Assembly (NCBI GenBank): GCA_024710765.1
Contig: JANJUE010000123.1
Span: forward strand, 17,005 to 81,004
Direction of reading: 5' to 3'
Origin: Pseudoxanthomonas sp.
GTDB lineage: Bacteria; Pseudomonadota; Gammaproteobacteria; Xanthomonadales; Xanthomonadaceae
Length of the DNA stretch: 64,000 bases
Shown here: positions 1 to 9,704 of the stretch, in pieces
How positions within the stretch are numbered: position 1 is the first letter of the stretch
Layout of the letters: every line of letters starts with the position of its first letter
Notes under the pieces: generated by a model
The model's database searches: none
What the model was told of the DNA's origin: nothing
What the model saw: only the letters and a program-made list of their open reading frames with translations
Translations under genes and position numbers: made by a program

Positions 1-21
1 AATCGCCTGCCGGGGTCGGGT

Positions 22-48
22 GAAGCCGCATCGCTCGGATGCGGCTTC
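22..48. other. Perfect 11-bp stem-loop (GAAGCCGCATC-gctcg-GATGCGGCTTC), possibly the terminator of a gene lying outside the window
   Basis: Inverted repeat read directly from the sequence. No U-tract follows on either strand and no coding ORF is supported in 1-247. Confidence 0.3.
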
Positions 49-247
49 GCCGGATGGCGACCGGGGGATCGCGGAAGTCGTGGCCGGATGCAACGGGGAT
101 CGACGGCCCGGGTGGTGCGGCCTGCGCGCGTCATCGACGGTGCGCGGCGGAAGTGCGGGTACTGCAGCGGCTGGAGCGCGCGTTACCGGAGGATGCAGCG
201 ATGAAGCGGGTGGAACCTTGAAACGCTTGCGTGGATCTATCCGGTAA

Positions 248-634
248 TCAGCGCGCGGCCAGTTGCTGGGCCAGCACACCCGCCTGCACGGCGAACTGCT
301 GCAGATCTTCCGCCGACGGACGCACGGTGATGGCCGGCATGTCGACGATGCTGGCGGTCTGGGTGGCCAGGTAGTAGGCCAGGTCGCGGGCATCGGGGCT
401 GACGGTCACGGCCGGCAGGTTGACCACCTTCGCGTCCTTGTAGGTCAGGTAGTGCGCCAGGTCGGCGGCGTCGGGGGTCACGGTCACGGCCGGCAGGTCG
501 ACGACGCGGGCGGCGGTCGAAGCGGTGGCCTGGACGCTGTTGTCCGCATACGTCTTGGCCGACAGGAACATGGAACCGGCACACAGCGCGAACACGGCGG
601 CGGCGGTCAGCGGGAGCAGGGTCTTGGTGTTCAT
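248..634 (-). CDS. Small exported protein with three 26-residue tandem repeats (unclassified)
   Basis: ATG at 634 preceded by AGAGG. Signal peptide MNTKTLLPLTAAAVFALCAGSMFLSAKTYA. Three repeats VVDLPAVTVTPDAADLAHYL / VVNLPAVTVSPDARDLAYYL / IVDMPAITVRPSAEDLQQF. Exact 78-bp DNA periodicity (327, 405, 483). Confidence 0.75.
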   Translation of the reverse strand: MNTKTLLPLTAAAVFALCAGSMFLSAKTYADNSVQATASTAARVVDLPAVTVTPDAADLAHYLTYKDAKVVNLPAVTVSPDARDLAYYLATQTASIVDMPAITVRPSAEDLQQFAVQAGVLAQQLAAR

Positions 635-1026
635 TGTTTTGCCTCTGTAGTGATGTTGTTGTGTGGTGTGGTAGTAATGTAGTACACCTAATCAGACAGA
701 TCAAGCGGAACTTGTGTTTCCAGTTCCTATATTCAGCTTTTAGTCAGGATTGCTTGGGTCGGTCTTGTTGGCCAGGGTAGTAATGCAGAACCCGTGCCAA
801 TCTCAAATCATTGAATCAAAAGGAATTCCATTCCATCCGTAGTGTCCGTGTCCGGCCAGTGTCCGGGCGTTGTCGTCCGTTCTTCTGTGATCAGGACGGG
901 TCCGGCGGCGGGATGTGACCTCCAACACGCCCTTCCCACCGCCATCCGGTCAATTCCGGGGCTTGCTGGTTTGGATGCGGTTTAGGTGGAAACCGTTGCG
1001 ATGAGGCCGGTTATGTTGGCCAGCGT

Positions 1027-1731
1027 TCACCAGGGCAGCGGCTGGCCCTGCCAATCGAGGAAATCGCCGGATTGTTCGGCCGTGAGCTGCTGGATCACGT
1101 GGAGCAGGCCCGCCACTGATTCCTGTACCGAGAGCGCGGCCTGCGCGCCGCCCATATCGGTGCGGACCCAGCCCGGATGCAGGGCCACCACCTTGATGCC
1201 ACGCGGTGCGAGCGCCTGTGCGAGCAGCGAGGTGGCCATGTTCTGCGCGGCCTTGCCCATCGCGTAGCTGGGCGTGCGGAATTCCTGCCGCAATGCGATC
1301 GAACCGACTTCGGAGGAGAGGTTCGCCACGGTGGCGCCCTCGGCCAATTGCGATGCCAGTGCCTGGGTCAGCAGGAAGGGGCCGGCGGCGTTGGTGCGGA
1401 AGCTGGCCTCCAGATCGGTCGCCTGCACCTGGCCGAAACGCTCGCCGCCGCGCAGGATACCGGCGTTGTTGATCAGCAGGTCCAGCGGCTCCTCATCGGT
1501 GACCAGCGAGATTTCCGCGGCCAGGGCTCCATGCGTGCGCGGGTCGGCCAGATCCAGCGGCAGGACCCGCAGGCACCCGGGATGGTCGCCGGCCAGCAGG
1601 TTGAGCGCATGGGCCTTGCCGGGGTGGCGGCAGGCCGCGATCACGAAGTCGCCACGCGCCAGCAACTGGCGGACGAACTCCAGGCCCAGGCCGCGATTGG
1701 CCCCGGTGACCAGGCAGTGGCGGCGATCCAT
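1027..1731 (-). CDS. Short-chain dehydrogenase/reductase (SDR, C-factor-like)
   Basis: TGxxxGxG motif (VTGANRGLGLEF) and YxxxK (YAMGKAAQN). Start moved to the internal ATG (MDRRHCLVTG). Confidence 0.85.
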   Translation of the reverse strand: MDRRHCLVTGANRGLGLEFVRQLLARGDFVIAACRHPGKAHALNLLAGDHPGCLRVLPLDLADPRTHGALAAEISLVTDEEPLDLLINNAGILRGGERFGQVQATDLEASFRTNAAGPFLLTQALASQLAEGATVANLSSEVGSIALRQEFRTPSYAMGKAAQNMATSLLAQALAPRGIKVVALHPGWVRTDMGGAQAALSVQESVAGLLHVIQQLTAEQSGDFLDWQGQPLPW

Positions 1732-1845
1732 GGGACACCTCACTTTGGGGGGCACGTGCCATGAGGCCTAGTGTATGGCCCCGGCGGCCGGGTTAGCATC
1801 GGCGGTTCTTGGGGAATCCCGTACCTGTATACAAGGAGTCACACG

Positions 1846-4725
1846 ATGATCGCATCCCGTCGGCCGCGCGCCGCGCTGCTTGCCGTCGCCCTCGGCACCG
1901 CCCTCGGAGGCCTGGCCTGCGCGCCGGCTCCCGCCCAGGCCCAAACCAGGCCGGCCGGAACCGATATCGTCATCCCCTACGAGGAGTTCACCCTGCCCAA
2001 TGGCCTGCGGGTGATCGTGCACACCGATCGCAAGGCGCCGATCGTGGCGGTCAACGTCTGGTACCACGTCGGCAGCAAGAACGAGCAGCCCGGCCGCACC
2101 GGTTTCGCCCACCTGTTCGAGCACCTGATGTTCCAGGGCAGCGAAAATCACAAGGGCGAGTTCTTCGAACCCTTCGAACTGGTCGGCGCGACCGATCAGA
2201 ACGGCACCACCAACCAGGACCGCACCAACTACTTCCAGAACGTGCCCACCACCGCGTTGGACATGGCGCTGTGGATGGAATCGGATCGCATGGGCCACCT
2301 GCTCGGCGCGATCGACCAGAAGGCGCTGGACGAGCAGCGCGGCGTGGTCCAGAACGAGAAGCGCCAGGGCGAGAACCAGCCCTATGGCCGCCGCATCTAC
2401 ACCAAGATCTTCGAAGCGCTGTATCCGCCGGGCCATCCCTACAGCTGGCAGACCATCGGCTCCATGGCCGATCTGGATGCCGCCACCCTGGACGACGTGA
2501 AGACCTGGTTCCGCAGCTGGTACGGCCCGAACAACGCGGTGCTGGTGCTGGCCGGCGACATCGACCTGAAGACCGCCAAGGAAAAGGTCACCCGCTACTT
2601 CGGCGACATCCCGGCCAGCGCGACGCTCGCCGATATGCCGGCCAACATTCCCACGCGCGCGCAGGACACCCGCGAGACCGTTCCGGATCGCGTGCCGCAG
2701 GTGCGCATCTACCGCGCCTGGCCGGTGGCCGAGATGGGCACGCCGGATGCGACCCAATTGGAACTGTTCTCGCAGATCCTCGGCGGCAGCGCGTCCTCGC
2801 GCCTGGATGCCCGCCTGGTCCACGGCGACAAGATTGCCGACCAGGTCAGCACCATGCCCTGGCTGAGCGAAATCGCCGGTACCTTCATCGTCAGCGCCAC
2901 CGTCAAGGACGGCGTGGATCCGGCCAAGGTGGAAAAGGTGCTGGACGAGGAAATCCAGCGCCTGATCAGCGAAGGCCCCACCGCCGGGGAAGTCGAGCAG
3001 GCGCGCACCTACAGCCGCGCCGGTTTTGTGCGCGGCATCGAGCGCATCGGCGGTTTCGGCGGCAAGTCGGACGTGCTGGCCTCGTGCACCGTCTACCAGG
3101 GCAAGCCGGACTGCTACCGCGACGAACTCAATGAACTGATGGGCGCCACTCCGGCCAGCATCCAGGCCGTGGCGCGCAAGTGGCTGGGCAAGGGTTCGCA
3201 CACGCTGGTGGTGCAGCCCAGCGACAAGCCGCTGTCGTCGTTGCCGGAAACCGTGCTGGCCGCCCCGGCGACCCGGCCGGCGGAAATCCCGGCGGTGGAT
3301 CCGAAATTCAAGACGGTCAAGACCGACGTCGATCGCAGCCTGGGCGTGCCCAAGACCGGCTCGTTCCCGGACCTGAAGTTCCCGGCGCTGCATCGCGCCA
3401 GGCTGTCCAACGGCATGGAAGTGGTGCTGGCCGAACGCCACGAGACACCGGTGGTGCAGGTGTCGGTGCAGTTCCCCGGTGGCTACACCGCCGACGTGGG
3501 CAAGAAGCTCGGCACCGCCAGCTTCACCATGCAGATGCTGGATGAAGGCGCGGGTGACTACAGCGCGCTGCAGTTCGCCGCACGCAAGGAAGCGCTGGGC
3601 GCCGAACTGAACACCGGCGCCGGCCTGGACAGTGCTTCGGTGGGCCTGTCGGCGCTGAGCGACAAGCTGCCGGAGTCGCTGGATCTGCTGGCCGACGTGC
3701 TGCGCCGCCCGACCGTCGACGATGGCGAAGTCGAGCGTGTCCGCGCGACCTGGATCGCCGGGATCAAGCAGGAGAAGGCGCGTCCGCAGACCGCCGCGCT
3801 GCGCGTGATGCCGCCGCTGCTGTACGGGCAGGGCCATCCCTACGCGATTCCGTTCACCGGCAGCGGCACCGAGGCCTCGATCGCTTCGCTGACCCGCGAC
3901 GACCTGACCGCGTTCCACCGTGACTGGCTGCAGCCGGACAAGGCCCGCGTCATCGTGGTCGGCGACACCTCCCTGGCCCAGATCGTGCCGCTGCTGGAAG
4001 CCCGCCTGGGCGACTGGAAGACCGCGCCGAACGCGCCCGCCCTGCCGGCGGTGCCGACGGTCGCCAGGCCGGGTGCTCCGCGCGTATTCCTGATCGACCA
4101 GCCCGGCGCGATCCAGTCCAACATCTACGTCGGCCAGCTGATTCCGCCGACCGGCGACAAGGGCACGATCGATTTCGATTTCGCCAACGGCGTGCTCGGC
4201 GGCCAGTTCAGCTCGCGCCTCAACATGAACCTGCGCGAGGACAAGCACTGGGCCTACGGTTCCTACAGCGGCGCCTCGAACACCCTGGGCCAGCGCCCGT
4301 GGTTCGCGCAGGCGGCGGTGCAGAGCGACAAGACCGTGGATTCGGTGAAGGAACTGAAGTCGGAAATCACCCGCTTCGCCAGCGGCGAAGCACCGGCGTC
4401 CGAAGCCGAGGTCACCAAGATCCGCGCCAGCAACACGCTGGAACTGCCGGGCGCCTACGAAACCGCATCCGCGGTGATGGGCCAGATCACCAGCAACCTG
4501 CGCTATGGCCGTCCGGATGATTACATCCTGACCTACAAGGCGCGCAACGAAGCGATCACCTCCAAGGACGTGACCGCCGCGGCCAAGACGCTGGAACCGA
4601 ACGCGCTGACCTACGTGGTGGTGGGTGATCTGTCCAAGATCGAACAGCCGATCCGCGAGCTGAAAATCGGCGAGGTGACCACGCTCGACGCCGACGGCAA
4701 GCCGGTCTCGGCCGCCAGGAAGTAA
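1846..4725 (+). CDS. Exported single-chain M16 (pitrilysin/insulinase family) zinc peptidase
   Basis: HxxEH zinc motif (FAHLFEHLMFQG), NGTTNQDRTNYF. About 960 aa, a duplicated M16 architecture. AAGGAG RBS at 1833-1838 before the ATG at 1846. Signal peptide MIASRRPRAALLAVALGTALGGLA. Confidence 0.9.
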   Translation: MIASRRPRAALLAVALGTALGGLACAPAPAQAQTRPAGTDIVIPYEEFTLPNGLRVIVHTDRKAPIVAVNVWYHVGSKNEQPGRTGFAHLFEHLMFQGSENHKGEFFEPFELVGATDQNGTTNQDRTNYFQNVPTTALDMALWMESDRMGHLLGAIDQKALDEQRGVVQNEKRQGENQPYGRRIYTKIFEALYPPGHPYSWQTIGSMADLDAATLDDVKTWFRSWYGPNNAVLVLAGDIDLKTAKEKVTRYFGDIPASATLADMPANIPTRAQDTRETVPDRVPQVRIYRAWPVAEMGTPDATQLELFSQILGGSASSRLDARLVHGDKIADQVSTMPWLSEIAGTFIVSATVKDGVDPAKVEKVLDEEIQRLISEGPTAGEVEQARTYSRAGFVRGIERIGGFGGKSDVLASCTVYQGKPDCYRDELNELMGATPASIQAVARKWLGKGSHTLVVQPSDKPLSSLPETVLAAPATRPAEIPAVDPKFKTVKTDVDRSLGVPKTGSFPDLKFPALHRARLSNGMEVVLAERHETPVVQVSVQFPGGYTADVGKKLGTASFTMQMLDEGAGDYSALQFAARKEALGAELNTGAGLDSASVGLSALSDKLPESLDLLADVLRRPTVDDGEVERVRATWIAGIKQEKARPQTAALRVMPPLLYGQGHPYAIPFTGSGTEASIASLTRDDLTAFHRDWLQPDKARVIVVGDTSLAQIVPLLEARLGDWKTAPNAPALPAVPTVARPGAPRVFLIDQPGAIQSNIYVGQLIPPTGDKGTIDFDFANGVLGGQFSSRLNMNLREDKHWAYGSYSGASNTLGQRPWFAQAAVQSDKTVDSVKELKSEITRFASGEAPASEAEVTKIRASNTLELPGAYETASAVMGQITSNLRYGRPDDYILTYKARNEAITSKDVTAAAKTLEPNALTYVVVGDLSKIEQPIRELKIGEVTTLDADGKPVSAARK

Positions 4726-4737
4726 GCCGCTCCCGAC

Positions 4738-4812
4738 GCCTCCCTTCCCGATGCGGAAGGGAGGCCCGGTCTTTCCCGCTGCGGGCCTGCTTCCGTCCCG
4801 CCCGGGACGGAA
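4738..4812 (+). terminator. Two consecutive perfect 10-bp stem-loops downstream of the M16 gene (terminator-like)
   Basis: CCTCCCTTCC-cgatgc-GGAAGGGAGG (4738-4763) and CTTCCGTCCC-gccc-GGGACGGAAG (4789-4812). Only a weak T-run follows the first. Confidence 0.4.
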
Positions 4813-4875
4813 GCCACCCGTGATTCATCCCGGTTGGGCCAGAATGCCCGCCGTTCCCCGCAAAGAGGCGAATCC

Positions 4876-5187
4876 ATGCGCAGCTTCACTCTCCTCACCG
4901 CCGTCGTGGCCCTGTCGGCCTGCACCTGGGTGCCGCTGGCGCCGAACGCCAAGTCGGTGCGCGTCGTTGCCGCCGGCGCTGCGCCGGCCAACTGCGAAAA
5001 GCAGGGCGAGGTGTCGGTATCGGTCAAGGACAAGGTCGCGTTCTACGAGCGCAACAACCTGCGCGTGCGCGACGAACTGGAAACCCTGGCGCGTAACGAG
5101 GCGCCGGGCATCCAGGCCGATACCATCCAGCCGCTGGGCGACCCCGCCAACGGCGAGCAGCGTTTCGCGGCCTACCGTTGCCGCTGA
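4876..5187 (+). CDS. DUF4156-like lipoprotein
   Basis: ATG at 4876 after AGAGG. Lipobox LSAC in MRSFTLLTAVVALSAC. About 100 aa with a C-terminal Cys. Family assignment is from memory of DUF4156 architecture. Confidence 0.7.
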   Translation: MRSFTLLTAVVALSACTWVPLAPNAKSVRVVAAGAAPANCEKQGEVSVSVKDKVAFYERNNLRVRDELETLARNEAPGIQADTIQPLGDPANGEQRFAAYRCR

Positions 5188-5532
5188 GGCCGACGCAGCG
5201 CATTTGCTGTGCGCGGACGCCGTCCACGGGACCGTGGGCACCTCCGTCGAAAAACACGGACGACGGTCTGGATGATTCGCCTGTACGCACGCCGGGATGC
5301 CGTGCGGCCGCTGCCGTTCCGCCAGGACGCAAGGGGCCATCCGAATGACCGGATGGCCGGTACCGCCCGTCGCGCCATGCTCCCCGCCAGACGCCAGCGT
5401 ACGGAAAATGTGACGTCCATCACCAAATCCGCCCCCCGACCGTCCCTGTCACGGCTTTCATAAAGATGCGGTGAAGTCCGGAAGCCGGTAACCTTGTCGC
5501 CCCCTTCCGCCTGAGCCTTGGCGCTACTTTCG

Positions 5533-6549
5533 ATGCTCTTCAAGAATGTCTCCATCGCGGGACTGGCGCACGTCGATGCGCCTCACACGCTGACTTCCAA
5601 GGAAATCAACGAGCAGCTCAAGCCCACGCTTGAGCGCCTGGGCATCCGCACGGACGTGCTCGGCGACATCGCCGGCATCCACGCGCGCCGGCTATGGGAC
5701 GACGAGCAGCAGGCGTCCGACGTGGCCACCCTGGCCGCGCGCAAGGCGCTGGAAGACGCCGGCGTGTCGGCCGAACGCATCGGCCTGCTGGTCAACACCT
5801 CGGTCAGCCGCGACTACCTGGAACCGTCCACCGCCAGCATCGTCTCCGGCAACCTCGGCCTGAGCGAGCACTGCCAGAACTTCGACGTCGCCAATGCCTG
5901 CCTGGCCTTCATCAATGGCATGGACATCGCCGCCCGCATGCTCGAACGCGGCGAAATCGACTACGCGCTGGTCGTCGATGGCGAGACCGCCAACCTGGCC
6001 TACAAGAAGACGCTCGAGCGGATGACCGCGCCGGACATCACCGAGGAGCAGTTCCGCAACGAGCTGGCCACCCTGACCCTGGGCTGCGGCGCCGCGGCGA
6101 TGGTGATGGCGCGCGCCGAGCTGGTGCCGGAAGCGCCGCGCTACAAGGGTGGCGTGACCCGTTCGGCGACCGAGTGGAACAAGCTCTGCCGCGGCAACCT
6201 GGACCGGATGGTCACCGACACCCGCATGCTGCTGATCGAGGGCATCAAGCTGGCCCAGAAGACCTTCATCGCCGCCAAGCAGGCGCTGGGCTGGGCGGTG
6301 GACGAACTGGACCAGTTCGTCATCCACCAGGTCAGCCAGGTGCATACCGCCGCCTTCATCAAGGCATTCGGCATCGATCCGAAGAAGGTCCTGACCATCT
6401 TCGGCGAGCACGGCAACATCGGTCCGGCCAGCGTACCGATCGTGCTGAGCAAGCTGAAGGAACTGGGCCGCCTGAAGAAGGGCGATCGCATTGCCCTGCT
6501 CGGCATCGGTTCCGGACTGAACTGCTCGATGGCCGAAGTGGTCTGGTGA
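5533..6549 (+). CDS. oleA: OleA, thiolase-fold acyl-CoA head-to-head Claisen condensing enzyme (FabH-like)
   Basis: N-terminus MLFKNVSIAGLAHVDAPHTLTSKEIN and most of the length match my recollection of Xanthomonas campestris OleA. Catalytic Cys in FDVANAC and Glu in DYLEPS lie 26 residues apart, as for C143/E117. It sits in an oleABCD context. Confidence 0.92.
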   Translation: MLFKNVSIAGLAHVDAPHTLTSKEINEQLKPTLERLGIRTDVLGDIAGIHARRLWDDEQQASDVATLAARKALEDAGVSAERIGLLVNTSVSRDYLEPSTASIVSGNLGLSEHCQNFDVANACLAFINGMDIAARMLERGEIDYALVVDGETANLAYKKTLERMTAPDITEEQFRNELATLTLGCGAAAMVMARAELVPEAPRYKGGVTRSATEWNKLCRGNLDRMVTDTRMLLIEGIKLAQKTFIAAKQALGWAVDELDQFVIHQVSQVHTAAFIKAFGIDPKKVLTIFGEHGNIGPASVPIVLSKLKELGRLKKGDRIALLGIGSGLNCSMAEVVW

Positions 6550-6615
6550 CACCGGCCCACTGACCTTTCCCGAGGGCCGGTTCGCCGGCCCTTTTGTTTA
6601 CCGCGGCACCGACCG

Positions 6616-7509
6616 ATGAACCTTCCCGGCTATCCCTTCACCCCGCAGCATTTCGAGGTCCGTCCCGGCCTGTCCATGAGCTACCTGGACGAAGGCCCGC
6701 GCGATGGCGAGGTGGTGGTGATGCTGCACGGCAATCCGTCGTGGAGCTATTACTGGCGAAAGCTGGTCACCGGCCTGGGCGATCGTTACCGCTGCATCGT
6801 GCCGGACCACATCGGCATGGGCCTGTCGGACAAGCCGTCCGACGATCGCTATGACTACACCCTGCAATCACGGGTGGACGACGTGGCGGCGCTGCTGGAA
6901 CACCTGGGCATCACCGGCCCGGTGACCCTGGCGGTGCATGACTGGGGCGGCATGATCGGTTTCGGCTGGGCGCTTTCGCATGCGGATCAGGTCAAGCGGC
7001 TGGTAATCACCAACACCGCCGCCTTCCCGTTGCCGCAGGCCAAGCCGATGCCATGGCAGATCGCGCTGGGCCGCGACTGGAAGTTCGGCGCCTTCATCAT
7101 CCGCGCGTTCAATGCGTTCTCCGGGGGCGCGTCCTACCTGGGCGTGGAGAAGAAGATGCCGGCCGACGTGCGCCGCGCCTACGTCTCGCCCTACGACAGC
7201 TGGGCCAACCGGATCTCCACGGTGCGCTTCATGCAGGACATTCCGCTGGGACCGGGCGACAAGGCCTGGGCGCTGCTGGCCGAAGCGGGCCGGCGCCTGC
7301 CGGAATTCGCCGACCGTCCGGCGCTGCTGGGCTGGGGGCTGCAGGACTTCGTGTTCGACAAGCACTTCCTGGCCGGTTTCCGCGCGGCGCTGCCGCAGGC
7401 GGAAGTGCATGCCTGGGACGACGCCGGCCACTACGTGCTGGAAGACAAGGCGGACGAACTGGTCCCGCTGATCCGCGATTTCCTCGAACGGCATCCGCTG
7501 GCCGGCTGA
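6616..7509 (+). CDS. oleB: OleB, alpha/beta-hydrolase (haloalkane-dehalogenase-like) beta-lactone decarboxylase
   Basis: HGNPSWSYYW and the nucleophile-elbow Asp motif VHDWGG. Positioned directly after oleA. Confidence 0.88.
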   Translation: MNLPGYPFTPQHFEVRPGLSMSYLDEGPRDGEVVVMLHGNPSWSYYWRKLVTGLGDRYRCIVPDHIGMGLSDKPSDDRYDYTLQSRVDDVAALLEHLGITGPVTLAVHDWGGMIGFGWALSHADQVKRLVITNTAAFPLPQAKPMPWQIALGRDWKFGAFIIRAFNAFSGGASYLGVEKKMPADVRRAYVSPYDSWANRISTVRFMQDIPLGPGDKAWALLAEAGRRLPEFADRPALLGWGLQDFVFDKHFLAGFRAALPQAEVHAWDDAGHYVLEDKADELVPLIRDFLERHPLAG

Positions 7510-7528
7510 GCCGGGCCCGCCCGCGCGC

Positions 7529-7960
7529 TCAGGCCGCCCGGACAGGCGGCAGCGGGGTCGAGGGATCGTTGTCGTGATCGTCCGGATTGCTGTCGTCGTC
7601 GTTGGCCGCGCCATCGCGCCAGCGCCAGTCGGCCGCGGTCAGGGCCGGCAGGCCCCAGGCGATGCGCGCCTTGTCGCACTGCGGACTCGCTTCACCGAAC
7701 TCCCAGGAGGCCGGCACGTCACGGCAGACCGTCGGGCGTTGCGGATGGATGCTGCAGCGCGATCGCACGCCAATCTCCGCATCCAGCGCCACGCAGCGCG
7801 GTTCCTGTTCCCAGGTGCCGCGCATGACCACGCGATGGGGATCGAACGGCTCGGTGAGCTCGGCCGGTACCGGTCCGCCCAGGGCGGGATCGGTTTCGCT
7901 CCAGTGGAAACTGACGCGGAAGTAGGCGCAGCAGGCGCCGCAGGTCAGGCAGGGATGCAT
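7529..7960 (-). CDS. YkgJ-family CxxCxxCC zinc/iron-chelating cysteine-cluster protein with acidic C-terminal tail
   Basis: MHPCLTCGACCAYFRVSF, then CVALD...CSIHPQRPTVCRD. C-terminal tail DGAANDDDSNPDDHDNDPS. Start set at the internal ATG at 7960. Confidence 0.75.
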   Translation of the reverse strand: MHPCLTCGACCAYFRVSFHWSETDPALGGPVPAELTEPFDPHRVVMRGTWEQEPRCVALDAEIGVRSRCSIHPQRPTVCRDVPASWEFGEASPQCDKARIAWGLPALTAADWRWRDGAANDDDSNPDDHDNDPSTPLPPVRAA

Positions 7961-8057
7961 GGAAGGCTCGGGCCGTGCGCGAGGCGAAAAAAGGGGTGCG
8001 GAATTGTGAGGCCTCCGTTGGCTGACGCAAGTACCGTCCAGCGGCGACAATGGGCGG

Positions 8058-9704
8058 ATGACCGAACCCTGCAATATCGCCGCCACCCTGCCGCGATTGG
8101 CCCGCGAGCAGCCCGATCGGATCGCGATGCGGTGCCCCGGCGCCGATGGCCGTTATGGCCCCGTGCTGACCTACGCCCAGCTGGACGCCCGCAGCGATGC
8201 CATCGCCGCCGGCCTGGGCCGGTACGGCATCGGCCGCGGTACCCGCACGGTGGTCATGGTCCGGCCGACGCCGGAGTTCTTCCTGCTCATGTTCGCCCTG
8301 TTCAAGGCCGGCGCGGTGCCGGTGCTGGTGGATCCGGGCATCGACCGGCGCGCGTTGAAGCAATGCCTGGACGAGGCCCGGCCGGAAGCCTTCATCGGCA
8401 TTCCGCTGGCCCAGGTCGCGCGCCTGTTGCTGGGCTGGGCGCGCGGTGCGCGCCGCATCGTCACCGTCGGCGCACGCTGGGGCTGGGGCGGCACCACTCT
8501 GGCGCGGGTCGAGCGATCGGGGCAGGGCACCGGCCCGCAACTGGCGGTGACCGGGCCGGACGACATGGCGGCCATCCTGTTCACCAGCGGCTCGACCGGC
8601 GTGCCCAAGGGCGTGGTCTACCGGCATCGCCATTTCGTCGGCCAGATCGAGCTGCTGCGCAAGGCGTTCGCCATGCAGCCCGGCGGCGTGGACCTGCCGA
8701 CCTTCCCGCCGTTCGCCCTGTTCGATCCGGCGTTGGGCCTGACCTCGATCATCCCGGACATGGATCCGACCCGGCCGGCCAATGCCGATCCGGAAAAACT
8801 GCACGCGGCCATCGCGCGTTTCGGGGTCACCCAACTGTTCGGATCCCCCGCGCTGATGAAGGTGCTGGCCGACCATGGCCAGCCGTTGCCGACCGTGCGC
8901 CGGGTGACCTCGGCGGGCGCGCCGGTGCCGCCGGACACGGTGGCGCGGATCCGCGCGCTGCTGCCCGATGACGCGCAGTTCTGGACGCCGTACGGCGCGA
9001 CCGAGTGCCTGCCGGTGGCGGTGATCGAAGGGCGCGAACTGGAAGCCATGCGCGAAGCCACCGAGCGTGGCGCGGGGACCTGCGTGGGCCGGCCGGTGCC
9101 GCCCAATGACGTGCGCATCATCCGCATCGACGATGGCGCCATCGCCGACTGGTCGGCGGCCGAACCGCTGCCGGTCGGCGAAGTGGGCGAAATCACCGTG
9201 GCCGGGCCGACCGCCACCGACAGCTATTTCAATCGCGAGGCCGCCACCCGCATCGCCAAGATTCGCGAGCGTCGGGACGATGGCGGCGAACGCATCGTCC
9301 ATCGCATGGGCGATGTCGGCTACTTCGACGCGCAGGGCCGACTGTGGTTCTGCGGTCGCAAGACCCAGCGCGTGGAGACCGCGCAGGGTCCGCTCTACAC
9401 CGAACAGGCCGAGCCGATCTTCAACACCCATCCGGATGTGCGGCGCGCCGCGCTGGTCGGCGTGGGCGAATCCGGACGCCAGCGGCCGGTGCTGTGCTTC
9501 GAACTGTTGCCCGAGGTGGCGGCCATGCGCCGCGACGCGGTCGCCGACGATCTGCGCGCGATCGCGCGGAGGCATCCGCACGTCGCCGGCATCGATACCT
9601 TTCTCTGCCACCCGGGCTTCCCGGTGGACATCCGCCACAACGCCAAGATCGGCCGCGAGAAGCTGGCGATCTGGGCGGCCCGGCAACTGGAGCAGCGCGC
9701 ATGA
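8058..9704 (+). CDS. oleC: OleC, AMP-forming beta-lactone synthetase (acyl-CoA synthetase superfamily)
   Basis: AMP-binding motif [15 protein letters not shown]. About 548 aa. ATGA overlap with oleD. Confidence 0.9.
   Translation: MTEPCNIAATLPRLAREQPDRIAMRCPGADGRYGPVLTYAQLDARSDAIAAGLGRYGIGRGTRTVVMVRPTPEFFLLMFALFKAGAVPVLVDPGIDRRALKQCLDEARPEAFIGIPLAQVARLLLGWARGARRIVTVGARWGWGGTTLARVERSGQGTGPQLAVTGPDDMAAILFTSGSTGVPKGVVYRHRHFVGQIELLRKAFAMQPGGVDLPTFPPFALFDPALGLTSIIPDMDPTRPANADPEKLHAAIARFGVTQLFGSPALMKVLADHGQPLPTVRRVTSAGAPVPPDTVARIRALLPDDAQFWTPYGATECLPVAVIEGRELEAMREATERGAGTCVGRPVPPNDVRIIRIDDGAIADWSAAEPLPVGEVGEITVAGPTATDSYFNREAATRIAKIRERRDDGGERIVHRMGDVGYFDAQGRLWFCGRKTQRVETAQGPLYTEQAEPIFNTHPDVRRAALVGVGESGRQRPVLCFELLPEVAAMRRDAVADDLRAIARRHPHVAGIDTFLCHPGFPVDIRHNAKIGREKLAIWAARQLEQRA

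Noticed and set aside
1768-4248. 826-aa ORF antisense to the first M16 peptidase gene
   Set aside because: It is a shadow ORF typical of high-GC genomes. The translation is low-complexity and Arg/Gly/Ala/His-rich with no motifs, and it fully overlaps a gene carrying clear HxxEH peptidase signatures.
7574-8971. 465-aa plus-strand ORF overlapping ykgJ and the first half of oleC
   Set aside because: It lies in an alternative frame of oleC and antisense to ykgJ. The translation is low-complexity. OleC, in its own frame, has the AMP-binding motif.
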